From Vulcanimicrobiota bacterium (lineage in GTDB: Bacteria > Vulcanimicrobiota > Vulcanimicrobiia > Vulcanimicrobiales > Vulcanimicrobiaceae): a DNA stretch of 64,000 bases. Every line of letters begins with the position of its first letter. Positions within the stretch are counted from its first letter, which is position 1. This document shows, piece after piece, positions 12,950-22,537 of this stretch. A program made the translations under genes and the position numbers. A model generated the notes under the pieces. It saw nothing but the letters and a program-made list of their open reading frames with translations. It ran no database searches and had not been told where the DNA came from. The DNA is taken from positions 192,001 through 256,000 of the forward strand of contig CAWGBN010000002.1 in NCBI GenBank assembly GCA_963820825.1, in the 5' to 3' direction.

Positions 12950-13693
12950 GTGCAAGGCCGAGGTGAGCTGCAAATCTGCCGGGACTCGCAGGCGCTCGCG
13001 CGCGCGCTGGCCGATCTCTTCGTCTCGACGGGGCGAATGGCGGCGGCCGAGCGCGGCTCGTTCCACGTCGCACTCTCCGGGGGCGAAACGCCGCGAGCCG
13101 CCTACGACCTCTTGGCCACCGAACCGTTGCGCGAGGAGCTCTCGTGGAGCGACGTCTTCGTCTATTTCGGCGACGAGCGCTGCGTGCCGCCGGATGACGA
13201 GCAATCGAACTACCGAATGGCGCGACGAGCCTTTCTCGACGCGGTCGGTATTCCGCCGGCCAACGTCCACCGCATTCGCGGCGAGACCGATCCGGGACTG
13301 GCGGCAAACGAGTACGCCTCGATCCTGCGCGCCGATCTCGGCGACACGCCGAAGTTCGACCTCGTGATGCTCGGCCTCGGGCCGGACGGCCATACGGCCT
13401 CGCTCTTTCCCGGAACGCCGCCCGATACCGATGAGGACGCACTCGTGCGCGCGGTCTACGCGCAATCGCAGATGATGTGGCGCGTTACGGTGACGCCCAA
13501 AGTGATCAACGCGGCGCGGACGGTCGTCTTCGCGGTAGAAGGCACCGAAAAGGCGTCGATCTTTGCGACGGTCTACGAAGGAGCCTACGATCCCGTCCGC
13601 TATCCGGCGCAGATCGTCGAGCCGCGCTCCGGCCGTCTCGTCTGGCTCGTCGACCGGCTCGCGGCCGGCATGCTGAGTGACAAAACGCGCTGA
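12950..13693 (+). CDS. pgl: 6-phosphogluconolactonase
   Basis: ALSGGETP, FGDERCVP, SNYRMA and LGLGPDGHTASLFP. Confidence 0.95.
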   Translation: MQGRGELQICRDSQALARALADLFVSTGRMAAAERGSFHVALSGGETPRAAYDLLATEPLREELSWSDVFVYFGDERCVPPDDEQSNYRMARRAFLDAVGIPPANVHRIRGETDPGLAANEYASILRADLGDTPKFDLVMLGLGPDGHTASLFPGTPPDTDEDALVRAVYAQSQMMWRVTVTPKVINAARTVVFAVEGTEKASIFATVYEGAYDPVRYPAQIVEPRSGRLVWLVDRLAAGMLSDKTR

Positions 13694-14437
13694 AGCGAAT
13701 CATCATTACCGCCGACGACTTCGGAGCCGCGCCCGAAGTCAACGAAGCCGTCGAGCGGGCCTACCGGGACGGCATCTTGCGCGCGACGCCTTATGGTTGC
13801 AGCCCCAGCCGCCGCCGACGCGATCGAGCGAGCGCGGCGCATGCCCGGCCTTGCCGTCGGACTGCACGTCGTACTCGTTCACGGACGTCCGGTGCTGCCC
13901 CCGGAACGCGTCCCCGATTTGGTCGACGACCGAGGTAAGTTCCTCACCGACTTGGCCGGCGCGGGCGTGCGGTTCTTCTTCCGCCCCGGCGCACGCGCCC
14001 AGCTCGCCGCGGAGATTCGCGCGCAGTTCGAGCGCTTTGCGCGAAGCGGCTTGACCCTCGATCACGCCGACGCACAAGCGCACATGCACGTCCATCCGAC
14101 GGTCTTTTCGCTGCTCGTCCGAATCGGGCGCGAATACGGTCTGCGCGCCGTGCGAATTCCGCTCGAGCCCTTCGGCGGGACGCGCACGATCGCTCCATGG
14201 CTTGCGCTGATGCGCGCTCGGGCGCGGCGTGCAGGGCTCGTCTCCAACGATTACGCCTTCGGCGTAAACGAAGCGGGAGCGTTCACCGAAGCGTTCGCCG
14301 GCGCCGATCTTGGAACCGAAAACTTCGCTTGGACGCAAGAGCTCGCCGCGCTGACGAGTTCACGTGTGCGCGAAGCGATCGAGCGCAGCGGCGCATTCAG
14401 CGTCACCTACGGCGAGCTTGCCGCTGCTGCGCGATGA
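13690..14437 (+). CDS. hpnK: ChbG/HpnK family deacetylase (hopanoid-associated), frameshift near 13788 and apparent internal deletion
   Basis: IITADDFG...NEAVERAYRDGIL in one frame, then VGLHVVL, EIRAQFERF and DHADAQAHMHVHP in another. Confidence 0.75.
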
Positions 14438-15489
14438 GCGCCGCCCTGAGTCTCGCACTCTTTGCCGTCGCCTGCGCGGGTGCGGCCTACCTGGCGCTGG
14501 CGAATCTGCGCCTCGCGCTCTTCGCTCGGCGCCCGGCGGAACGGGCGACCGAGTTTCTGCCGAGCATTACCATTCTCAAACCGATCGCCGGACTTGAGCC
14601 CGGCCTCTATGAGAATCTGCGCTCGTGCTGCGATCAGGATTACGACGCGCCCTACGAGATCGTCTTCGCGCTGCACGCCGGCGACGATCCGGCGCTCGCC
14701 GTCGTCGAGCGCCTCGCCGCCGAGTTTTCCGATCGCACGCGCATCGCCATCGGCGAGAATTTCGCGATGCACAATCCGAAGGTCGCGAACCTGGCCAAGC
14801 CGGGCGTTGCGCCGTACGGCGAGATCGTCGTCATCGCCGACAGCGACGTCCGTTGCGACCGCCGGTACTTACGAGCAATTGTGTCCGCATTTGCCTCCGA
14901 AGACGTCGGAGCAACGACCTGTCTCTATGCCGGGATTCCGAATGCGAGCACGATCTCGCGACTCGGCGCTATGCAGATCGAAGAGCTCTTCATTCCCTGG
15001 GTCTTGGTTGGGCTCGCATTTGGACCGTTGCGCTTCTGTCTCGGCGCCACGATGGCCGTTCGCCGCAGCCTGCTCGAGGCGATCGGCGGACTCGAAGAAT
15101 CCGTCGAGCTCTCGCGTTACGTCGTGCGCACGCTCGTTCCGGAGAAGAGGCTGGAACTCTGGCCGCACGAACTGCGCTGGGCGCGCACCAACCTCGCGCT
15201 CGCGCCGGTGCAGTACACGTTCTCGTTTCTCATGTATGCCGTGCCGCTCGCGATTCTCTATCTCGCGGTCTCACGCAATCTCGTCTGGGGATTGCCGCTC
15301 CTGGCGATCGTAGCCGGGCTTCGTCTCGGGTTGCATTACCTCGCGCGCGGGGCGCTACGCACCGATCGCCGCGGCAATGCCCTATTGATCCTGCCGCGCG
15401 ATCTGCTCAGTATCGCGGTCTGGTCTGCGAGCCTCTTCGGGCGCCGCGTTCGCTGGCGCGATCGAACCTATACCGCGGCATCAGGATGA
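14434..15489 (+). CDS. hpnI: GT21/HpnI-like glycosyltransferase (ceramide glucosyltransferase family)
   Basis: ILKPIAG, QDY, NPKVANL, IADSDV, GATMAVRR and ELRWART motifs; C-terminal TM helices. Confidence 0.75.
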   Translation: MSAALSLALFAVACAGAAYLALANLRLALFARRPAERATEFLPSITILKPIAGLEPGLYENLRSCCDQDYDAPYEIVFALHAGDDPALAVVERLAAEFSDRTRIAIGENFAMHNPKVANLAKPGVAPYGEIVVIADSDVRCDRRYLRAIVSAFASEDVGATTCLYAGIPNASTISRLGAMQIEELFIPWVLVGLAFGPLRFCLGATMAVRRSLLEAIGGLEESVELSRYVVRTLVPEKRLELWPHELRWARTNLALAPVQYTFSFLMYAVPLAILYLAVSRNLVWGLPLLAIVAGLRLGLHYLARGALRTDRRGNALLILPRDLLSIAVWSASLFGRRVRWRDRTYTAASG

Positions 15490-17343
15490 ACGCCGCGGCG
15501 CGGGTGACGGCGTGACGAGCGCCTTCGAGCCGATCGCCTGAGGATTCACGCCGTTGTCGGTGAGGATCGTACCCTCTACGCGCTGCAGCTCGACGACGGC
15601 CTTGTTGAGATCGGTCTGGGCCTGAAGCTCGCGTCCGCGCGCCGCCGCCAGCTCGACTTGACGCTGCAAGACTAAGAAGGTCGTCGACGCACCGTTGTGA
15701 AAGCGCCGGACTTCGCTTGCGTAGACCGACTCGGCAGCCGCGCGCGCCTGACTCGCCGCCGAAAGGCGCGAGAGTGCCGATTGATAGGTCTGCAGCGCGT
15801 TGCGCGCCTCGGTCTCGATGCGCTGGTCGAGTGATTGGCGCTCGATCGCCGCCTGATCTTCTTCTTGATCGGCGATCTCCTTGAGCCCGCGCGCGGTATT
15901 GTTCTCGAGCGGAAAGTTTACGACTAGCGCGATGTTGAACTCGGGATAGGCCGCCGTCCACATATTGTGAAAGGCCTTCGTCGCGTTGCCTTGGGACTGT
16001 GGCGGCGGCGTCGGACAACTCAGGGTGGGCAGGTTACAACCCTCGGCCTCGAAGTTCGGAACGGGTTGCAACAGCCCCGCGAAACCGTTGCTCATATACT
16101 GCACGACCAGATCGGCCTGCGGCAGCCCCTGATTCTTCGCATAGACTCTGTCGACGTCGGCGGCGCGCCGTTGATCGACGACTTGCCGCACCTCCGGACG
16201 CTCGAGCTCGGCTTGCGCAACGATCGCGTCGAGCTCGCCGGGGTTGGGGAGCTCCTGAACGGGCGATGAGGGCACGAGATTCGCGCTCCAAATCGGATCG
16301 CCGGCATCGGAGACGATCAAGCTCTTGAGTTGCGTCTGCAGCTGCGAAACGGTCTGCAGCGCGGAGAAGAGCTGATTTTGAAAGTTCGCGACCTGCGTCT
16401 GCGTCTCGACGACGGTAACGGGAGGCACAACGCCGCCCTTTGCGAGCCGCTCGACGCTCTGCTCCTGCTCGACCGCCTGTTTGAGCGCGTCTTCTTGGAT
16501 TGCGACGTTGCGCCAAGCCGCGACGAGATTCCAATACGAATCCTCGACCTGGGCGATCGTGCTCGAAGCATCGACGAGCGTCTGGGCTTGGTTCGAGTCG
16601 GCATCGATGATCGCAAGCTTGAGTTGATGCTTGACCGCGTTCATGCCGGAATTCTTGAGCAGCGGCTGCGTCACCGATAGGTTCAGCGAGGCCAAATAGT
16701 AGGGGTTGAAGTCATTGATGATCAGGTTGTTGTAGGTTCGGGTCTGGGTGATGCTCGCCGCGTACTGCAGGCCGTTGACGCTCTGTCCGGTGATGCCGGA
16801 TTGAAACGAGTACTGGTGCTGGATGATGTAGCCGGGCCCGGTCGTCGAACACGGAGCGGGAGTTCCAAAGAACGGCTGGCAGGTATATCCATATCCGCCG
16901 ACCCCGGGGCCGGCAAAGAAGAGATTCTGCGGCGGCAGCACCGAGAAATTCGACGACGGCTCGACCTGGAGCTGCACGTCGAAGTTCGATTTGGCTTCGA
17001 CCACGCGGTAGTGCGCGATCCGTACGTTCGAGGCCGAGACGGCCAAGTTCGGATTGCGCAGCAGCGCCATACCCACCGCATCTTGCAGCGAGATGCCGAC
17101 GAAGGGACTCTGCGTGACGCCGACGATCCCCGGGCTACTCGGCTCGACCTCGGGCGCGCGGTAGCCGGGAGCGACGCTCGGCGGAATCGCGAGACGCGGC
17201 GACGGTATCTCCGTCGGCAGCAGAGCGCGCTGCGGCAGTTCGTCGCCGGACTGCGCCGACGTCCGCTCGAACGGAACGACGGCTAGGATGAGAGCCGCTC
17301 CGGCGACGACCACCGAGAACGCGCGCGTTCTGAGCTTCCGCAT
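15481..17343 (-). CDS. TolC family outer-membrane efflux protein (paralogue 3)
   Basis: Signal peptide; ISLQDAVGMALLRNPNL, VTQPLLK, VEDSYWNL, ERPEV and GASTTFLVLQRQ OEP motifs. Confidence 0.9.
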   Translation of the reverse strand: MRKLRTRAFSVVVAGAALILAVVPFERTSAQSGDELPQRALLPTEIPSPRLAIPPSVAPGYRAPEVEPSSPGIVGVTQSPFVGISLQDAVGMALLRNPNLAVSASNVRIAHYRVVEAKSNFDVQLQVEPSSNFSVLPPQNLFFAGPGVGGYGYTCQPFFGTPAPCSTTGPGYIIQHQYSFQSGITGQSVNGLQYAASITQTRTYNNLIINDFNPYYLASLNLSVTQPLLKNSGMNAVKHQLKLAIIDADSNQAQTLVDASSTIAQVEDSYWNLVAAWRNVAIQEDALKQAVEQEQSVERLAKGGVVPPVTVVETQTQVANFQNQLFSALQTVSQLQTQLKSLIVSDAGDPIWSANLVPSSPVQELPNPGELDAIVAQAELERPEVRQVVDQRRAADVDRVYAKNQGLPQADLVVQYMSNGFAGLLQPVPNFEAEGCNLPTLSCPTPPPQSQGNATKAFHNMWTAAYPEFNIALVVNFPLENNTARGLKEIADQEEDQAAIERQSLDQRIETEARNALQTYQSALSRLSAASQARAAAESVYASEVRRFHNGASTTFLVLQRQVELAAARGRELQAQTDLNKAVVELQRVEGTILTDNGVNPQAIGSKALVTPSPAPRRSS

Positions 17344-17346
17344 CGG

Positions 17347-19173
17347 CTAGTGCGCCAGCGCCTGGGCCCCGAGCGTTTGAACGTTCACGCCGTTCGCGGT
17401 CAGGATCGTACCTTGAACGCGCTGCAGCTCGACGATCGACTGATCTAGCTGCGTCTGCGCCTGCAGTTCGAGTCCGCGCGCCTGCTCGAGCTGCACTTGA
17501 CGCTTCAGCACGAGATACGTGGTCGATTCGCCGCGATGAAACTGACGGACTTCGCTTGCGTAGACCGCTTCGGCGGCGGCGCGCGAGCGGCGCGCCGCGG
17601 TGAGCTTCGAGAGTGCGGTCCTATACGACTGAAGCGCGTTGCGAGCCTCGGCGGCAATTCGCTCCTGCACGCCCTGCATCAAAACCGCGGCTTGCGTCGA
17701 CTCCTCGCTCGCGACGCCGCGCATCCCACGCGCAAGGCTTCCTTGAATCGGGTAGCCGACGACCAGCGCGAAGTTGAACGCCGGAAAGTATCCGGCCCAC
17801 ATGTTGTGATACGCGTAGGGCATCGAGCCTTGCGTGTTCGGCGGCGGGGTCGGACACGAGTAGAGCTTGTTGACGGCATAGCACTCGTTGAGCAGAAACG
17901 TCGGCACCGGCGCGAGGATCCCGGCGAAACCGTTGCTCAGGTATTGAACCTGGACGTCGGCTTGCGGCAGCGATTGATTTGCGGCAAAGGCTCGATCGAT
18001 ATCGGCCGCAAGCCGCTTATCCTCGGCTTGACGGACCTCGGGGCGATCCCGTTGCCCCTCGGCGACAATCTGCGCCAAATCGCCGACGCTCGGAAGCTGC
18101 TGCACCGACGTCGACGGCACGAGATTCGCGGTCCAGATCGGATCGCCGGGATCGGCGACCACGAGCGTCTTGAGCTGCACCTGAAGCTGCGCGACGGTCT
18201 GCAGCGCCGAATAGACGTTGTCTTGAAAGTTCGAGACCTGCGTCTGCGACTCGACCGCATCGATCGGAGCGGACGCGCCGCGCCGGGCGAGACGAACGTT
18301 GCTCCGCTGCTGCGCGATCGCTTCTTGTAGCGCCTCCTCTTGGATCGCGACGTTGCGCCAAGCGGCGACGAGGTTCCAATAGGCGTCTTCGACCTGCGAG
18401 AGCGTGTTCGAGGCATCGATGAGCGCCTGTGCCGCACGAGCGTCTTCGTTAACGAAGGCGAGCTTGAGCTGGCGTTTGCCGGCGTTCATCCCGGCATTCT
18501 TGAGCAGCGGCTGCGTCACCGCGAGATTCAGCGTGGCGACGTAGTACGGGTTGAACGCGTTGAAGACCGTGTTGTTGTAGGTGCGCATCTGCTGGATGCC
18601 CGCCTGATACGTCATGCCGTTCTCGGTCTGTCCGCCGACGCCGTACTGAAACGTGGATTGATGCTGGATGATGTTACCGGGTCCGCTGGTGTAGATCGGC
18701 CCAGGAGTCGCCGGACCCGTCGTATACCTGCCGATCGGACCTGGGCCGGCCTCAAACGCATTCTGCGGCGGCTGCACCGAGAAACTCGAGGAGGGTTTGA
18801 GCTGAAGCTGCAGATCGTACTGCCCCTTGGTCGCGACGATCGTATAGTGTGCGATCCGGACGTTCGAGGCGGATACCGCCAGATTCGGATTCTTGAGCAG
18901 CGCCATCGCGATGGCATCTTGAAGCGCGATACCGACAAACGGCTGCGCGGTGACGCCGACAATCTGCGCCGCGCTCGGTGCGACTTCCGGTGCGCGGTAG
19001 CCGGGCGCGACGCTCGGCACGACCGGAAAGTTCGGCGAGGGAATCGCCGTCGGCAACGTCGCGCGCGACGGAAGCGGCTCGAGCTGAGCCGAGGTCGGCG
19101 CTACCGGCAATGCGGCGAGCACGACGGCGGCGATCGCAATGCCCGCAGGAATCAGCCGGGCCTTGACCTGCAT
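17347..19173 (-). CDS. TolC family outer-membrane efflux protein (paralogue 2)
   Basis: Same OEP motifs; collinear with both neighbours. Confidence 0.9.
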   Translation of the reverse strand: MQVKARLIPAGIAIAAVVLAALPVAPTSAQLEPLPSRATLPTAIPSPNFPVVPSVAPGYRAPEVAPSAAQIVGVTAQPFVGIALQDAIAMALLKNPNLAVSASNVRIAHYTIVATKGQYDLQLQLKPSSSFSVQPPQNAFEAGPGPIGRYTTGPATPGPIYTSGPGNIIQHQSTFQYGVGGQTENGMTYQAGIQQMRTYNNTVFNAFNPYYVATLNLAVTQPLLKNAGMNAGKRQLKLAFVNEDARAAQALIDASNTLSQVEDAYWNLVAAWRNVAIQEEALQEAIAQQRSNVRLARRGASAPIDAVESQTQVSNFQDNVYSALQTVAQLQVQLKTLVVADPGDPIWTANLVPSTSVQQLPSVGDLAQIVAEGQRDRPEVRQAEDKRLAADIDRAFAANQSLPQADVQVQYLSNGFAGILAPVPTFLLNECYAVNKLYSCPTPPPNTQGSMPYAYHNMWAGYFPAFNFALVVGYPIQGSLARGMRGVASEESTQAAVLMQGVQERIAAEARNALQSYRTALSKLTAARRSRAAAEAVYASEVRQFHRGESTTYLVLKRQVQLEQARGLELQAQTQLDQSIVELQRVQGTILTANGVNVQTLGAQALAH

Positions 19174-19178
19174 GAATC

Positions 19179-20999
19179 TCAACGCGCGAGCGCCTGACTT
19201 CCCAGCGTCTGCACGTTGACGCCGTTTGCGGTGAGGATCGTTCCATCGACCCGCTCGATCTCGACGATCGATTGATTCAGTTGCGTTTGCGCCTGCAGCT
19301 CGCGCAGCCGCGCTTCGTCGAGCTGCACTTGGCGCTGAAGCACCAGGAACGTCGTCGAGGCGCCCTTATGGAACTTGCGGACTTCGCTTGCATAGACCGA
19401 GTCGGCCGACTCGCGCGAGGTGCGCGCGGCATCGAGCTTGGAGAGCGCGGATTGATAGCTCTGCAACGCGTTGCGCGCTTCGGCGCCGATGCGCTCGTAG
19501 ACGCCCTGCATCAGCAGCTCGGCCTGCGTCGTCTCCTCGCCGGCGAGGCCGCGAAGACCCTTGGCGACGTGGCCTTGAATCGGATAGCCGACGATCAGCG
19601 CGATATTGAACGTGGGGAAGTAGCCGGCCCACATATTGTGATAGGCCCAGGCCATCGCGCCCTGTGTGTTCGGCGGCGGCGTCGGGCATGCGAGCAGGTT
19701 CTCCGAGCTGCAGAAGCTGTTAATGAACCGCGGAACCGGCGCGGGGATGCCGGCGAAGCCGCCGCTCTCGTACTGCATCTGCAGATCGGCCTGCGGCAAC
19801 GACTGGTTCTTTGCATAGGCTGCGTCGATCGCCGCAGCGAGGCGTTTATCTGCGGCTTGCCGGACCTCGGGCCGGTTCGCTCGGCCTCGTGCGACGACGC
19901 TCGCGAGGTCGTTCGCGCTCGGCAGCTCTTGGGTCGAGGTCGACGGCACTAAGTTCGCGTTCCAGATCGGATCCTGCGCGTTCGACGCGACGAAGCTCTT
20001 GAGCTGATTCTGCAGCTCCGAAACCCGCTGCAGCGCCATGAAGACGTTGTCTTGAAAGTTCGAGACCTGCGTCTGCGACTCGACCGCGTCGATCGGCGCC
20101 GCCGCGCCGCGCCGGGCGAGCCGAACGTTGCTCTGCTGCTGCGCGATCGCTTCCTTGAGCGCTTCTTCTTGGATCGCGACGTTGCGCCAGGCCGAGACGA
20201 GATCCCAATATGTCGTCTCGACCTGCGAGAGGGTGCTCGACGCGTCGACCAGCGTCTGAGCGACGCCGGAATCGGCATTGACGATTGCGAGCTTCAGTTG
20301 GCGTCTGGTCGAATTCAGACCGAGGTTCTTGAGCAGCGGCTGGGTGACCGCGAGATTGAGCGTCGCCGAATAGTATGGGTTGAACGCATCGAAGAGGGTG
20401 TTGTTGTAGGTGCGGCTCTGTTGGATCTGAGCCTGATAGGCGCCGCCGCTCTCTGCCTGCCCGCTCACGCCGTACTGAAAGCCGGATTGATGTTGAATGA
20501 CGTTGCCCGGCGCGACGGCACTCGTCGGGTTCGATACCGGCCCGTAGGTCGCCGATTCGCCCGGACCCGCGGCCAAGAAGTTCTGCGGCGGATTCACCGA
20601 GTAGTTCGACGTCGGTTCTAAGTGAAGCGCGACGTCGTAGGCGCCCTTCGTCTGGACCACGTTATAATGCGCGACCCGGAAGTTCGAAGCCGAGATCGCG
20701 AGGTTATTATTCTTGATCAGCGCCATCGCAATCGCGTCCTGCAATGAGATGCCGACGAAGGGTTGCGCTGTAACGCCGACGATGCGCGCACCGCTCGGCT
20801 GCGCCTGCGGGGCGCGATAACCCGGCGCGACGCTCGGCACCGGGGGCATCATCAGCGTCGGAATCGTCGTTGGAATGACGACGTGGTTCGGGAGCGTATC
20901 GCCGGGCTGGGCCGAGGTACGCTGCAGCGGCAGCGTCGCCATGGCGAGCGCCGCGACGGCAAAGAATGCGAAGAAGGCGCGGCTGCGTCGCACGATCAC
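19179..20999 (-). CDS. TolC family outer-membrane efflux protein (paralogue 1)
   Basis: Same OEP motifs; start overlaps the MFS gene stop. Confidence 0.9.
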   Translation of the reverse strand: MIVRRSRAFFAFFAVAALAMATLPLQRTSAQPGDTLPNHVVIPTTIPTLMMPPVPSVAPGYRAPQAQPSGARIVGVTAQPFVGISLQDAIAMALIKNNNLAISASNFRVAHYNVVQTKGAYDVALHLEPTSNYSVNPPQNFLAAGPGESATYGPVSNPTSAVAPGNVIQHQSGFQYGVSGQAESGGAYQAQIQQSRTYNNTLFDAFNPYYSATLNLAVTQPLLKNLGLNSTRRQLKLAIVNADSGVAQTLVDASSTLSQVETTYWDLVSAWRNVAIQEEALKEAIAQQQSNVRLARRGAAAPIDAVESQTQVSNFQDNVFMALQRVSELQNQLKSFVASNAQDPIWNANLVPSTSTQELPSANDLASVVARGRANRPEVRQAADKRLAAAIDAAYAKNQSLPQADLQMQYESGGFAGIPAPVPRFINSFCSSENLLACPTPPPNTQGAMAWAYHNMWAGYFPTFNIALIVGYPIQGHVAKGLRGLAGEETTQAELLMQGVYERIGAEARNALQSYQSALSKLDAARTSRESADSVYASEVRKFHKGASTTFLVLQRQVQLDEARLRELQAQTQLNQSIVEIERVDGTILTANGVNVQTLGSQALAR

Positions 21000-22534
21000 T
21001 CCGCGATCGCGACGCCGATGCGCGGTCGCCGCAGCAAGAGCACGAGCGGTGCGAGTCCCAGCGTGATCACCGCAACCCAGCGCGAGGTATCGGCATAGGA
21101 TTCGACCGCCGACTGCGACTCGACGAGAATCGTTAGGCGCTGCATCGCGCGGCGGTTCTGCGTGCCGCCTTGCCTGAGCACGTACTGCTCGGTCGGCGCG
21201 TGCGCGAGGTTCTGCGTGCCGGCAAGCTCGGTCTGATGAATCGTAAAGCCGCGCACCAAGAGCGTGATCAAGATCGCCGCCGCGACGCTTCCCCCAATTT
21301 GACGCGAAAGGTTGAAGAACGCCGCGGTCGAGGGAACTTCCTTATCGGGGACGCTGCCGATGACCGCGACCGAGAGCGGGACGAAGATCTGTGCGAGCCC
21401 GATGCCGCTGAGAATCAACGGAAAGACCAGGCTATGGAAGTCGGAGAGCGGCGTCGTGATGCTTCCCAGCATCCAGTTCGAGATCGAGAGCAGCACGAAG
21501 CCGATCGCCGCCTGAAGGCGCGGATCGACGAGGCCGCGCTGCGTCAGGATCGCGGTGAACGGCGTAAAGCAGAGCACCGCTCCGGCACGGATCATGACCG
21601 TCGCCCCGGAGAGCGTCGCCGTAAATCCAAGCGAGTTGATGAGATACTGCGGCAGAATGATGATCGAACCGTAGAGGCTGACGCCCAAGACTGCGCCGAG
21701 CACGCTCCCCGCCGCGACCTGGCGAAGGCGCAAGACGCGCAGGTCGACGACCGGGATTTTTGAGCGAAGCGTCCACCAGACGAACGACGCAAGGCCGGCG
21801 ATCGAGAGAAAGGTGAACCAGCGGATTCGCGCATCGTCGAACCAGTCGTACTGCTGGCCGTTCTCGAGCACGAACTGCATCGAACCCAGCCCGATGCACA
21901 TCAGAATCAAGCCGATCCAATCGAGCCGCCGATATTGCGGCTCGGCGGGATTGCGCAGGAAGTTCCAGATCAGCGTGGCGGCGATGATACCGATCGGAAT
22001 GTTGATGAAAAAGATCCAGTGCCAGTTCCAGTTGTCGGTGATCCATCCGCCGATGACCGGGCCCAGCGCCGGGCCGACGATTACGCCGAGGGCGAAGACG
22101 CCCTGGGCCTTCCCTTGCTCTTTGATGCCGTAAGTGTCGCGCAGAATCGCTTGCGAGGTGGCGATCAGTCCGCCGCCGCCCAAACCTTGAATCAGCCGCC
22201 AGAAGACGAGCTGGCCAAAGGTATTCGAAAGACCGCACATCAGCGACGCGATCGTGAAGATGACGATCGAACTGAAGAAGTATTGCCGGCGGCCGAAGCG
22301 GGCGGCGAACCAGGGGTTGAGCGGAATCACCACGACGTTGGCGATGAGGTAGGCCGTTACGACCCACGCGCCGAGATCGACGCCGACGCCGAAGTTTCCC
22401 TGAATGTTCGGCAGAGAAACGTTGACGATCGTGACGTCGATAATCTCCAGCAGCGTCGCGGTGATGACCGCAATGCTGATAACGGTCCTGCGCCAGCCGT
22501 GCTCGACGACTGGACTCTCGTACGCCGCGAACAA
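20996..22534 (-). CDS. DHA2 family MFS efflux permease (EmrB-like)
   Basis: LEIIDVTIVNVSLP, RLIQGLGGG and GPALGPVIGGWITDNWNWHWIFFINIPIG; many TM helices. Confidence 0.95.
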   Translation of the reverse strand: MFAAYESPVVEHGWRRTVISIAVITATLLEIIDVTIVNVSLPNIQGNFGVGVDLGAWVVTAYLIANVVVIPLNPWFAARFGRRQYFFSSIVIFTIASLMCGLSNTFGQLVFWRLIQGLGGGGLIATSQAILRDTYGIKEQGKAQGVFALGVIVGPALGPVIGGWITDNWNWHWIFFINIPIGIIAATLIWNFLRNPAEPQYRRLDWIGLILMCIGLGSMQFVLENGQQYDWFDDARIRWFTFLSIAGLASFVWWTLRSKIPVVDLRVLRLRQVAAGSVLGAVLGVSLYGSIIILPQYLINSLGFTATLSGATVMIRAGAVLCFTPFTAILTQRGLVDPRLQAAIGFVLLSISNWMLGSITTPLSDFHSLVFPLILSGIGLAQIFVPLSVAVIGSVPDKEVPSTAAFFNLSRQIGGSVAAAILITLLVRGFTIHQTELAGTQNLAHAPTEQYVLRQGGTQNRRAMQRLTILVESQSAVESYADTSRWVAVITLGLAPLVLLLRRPRIGVAIAE

Positions 22535-22537
22535 GGT

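Noticed and set aside
15481..20999. Assembly-induced triplication of tolC
   Set aside because: The copies differ throughout at DNA and protein level, with distinct signal peptides and loops.
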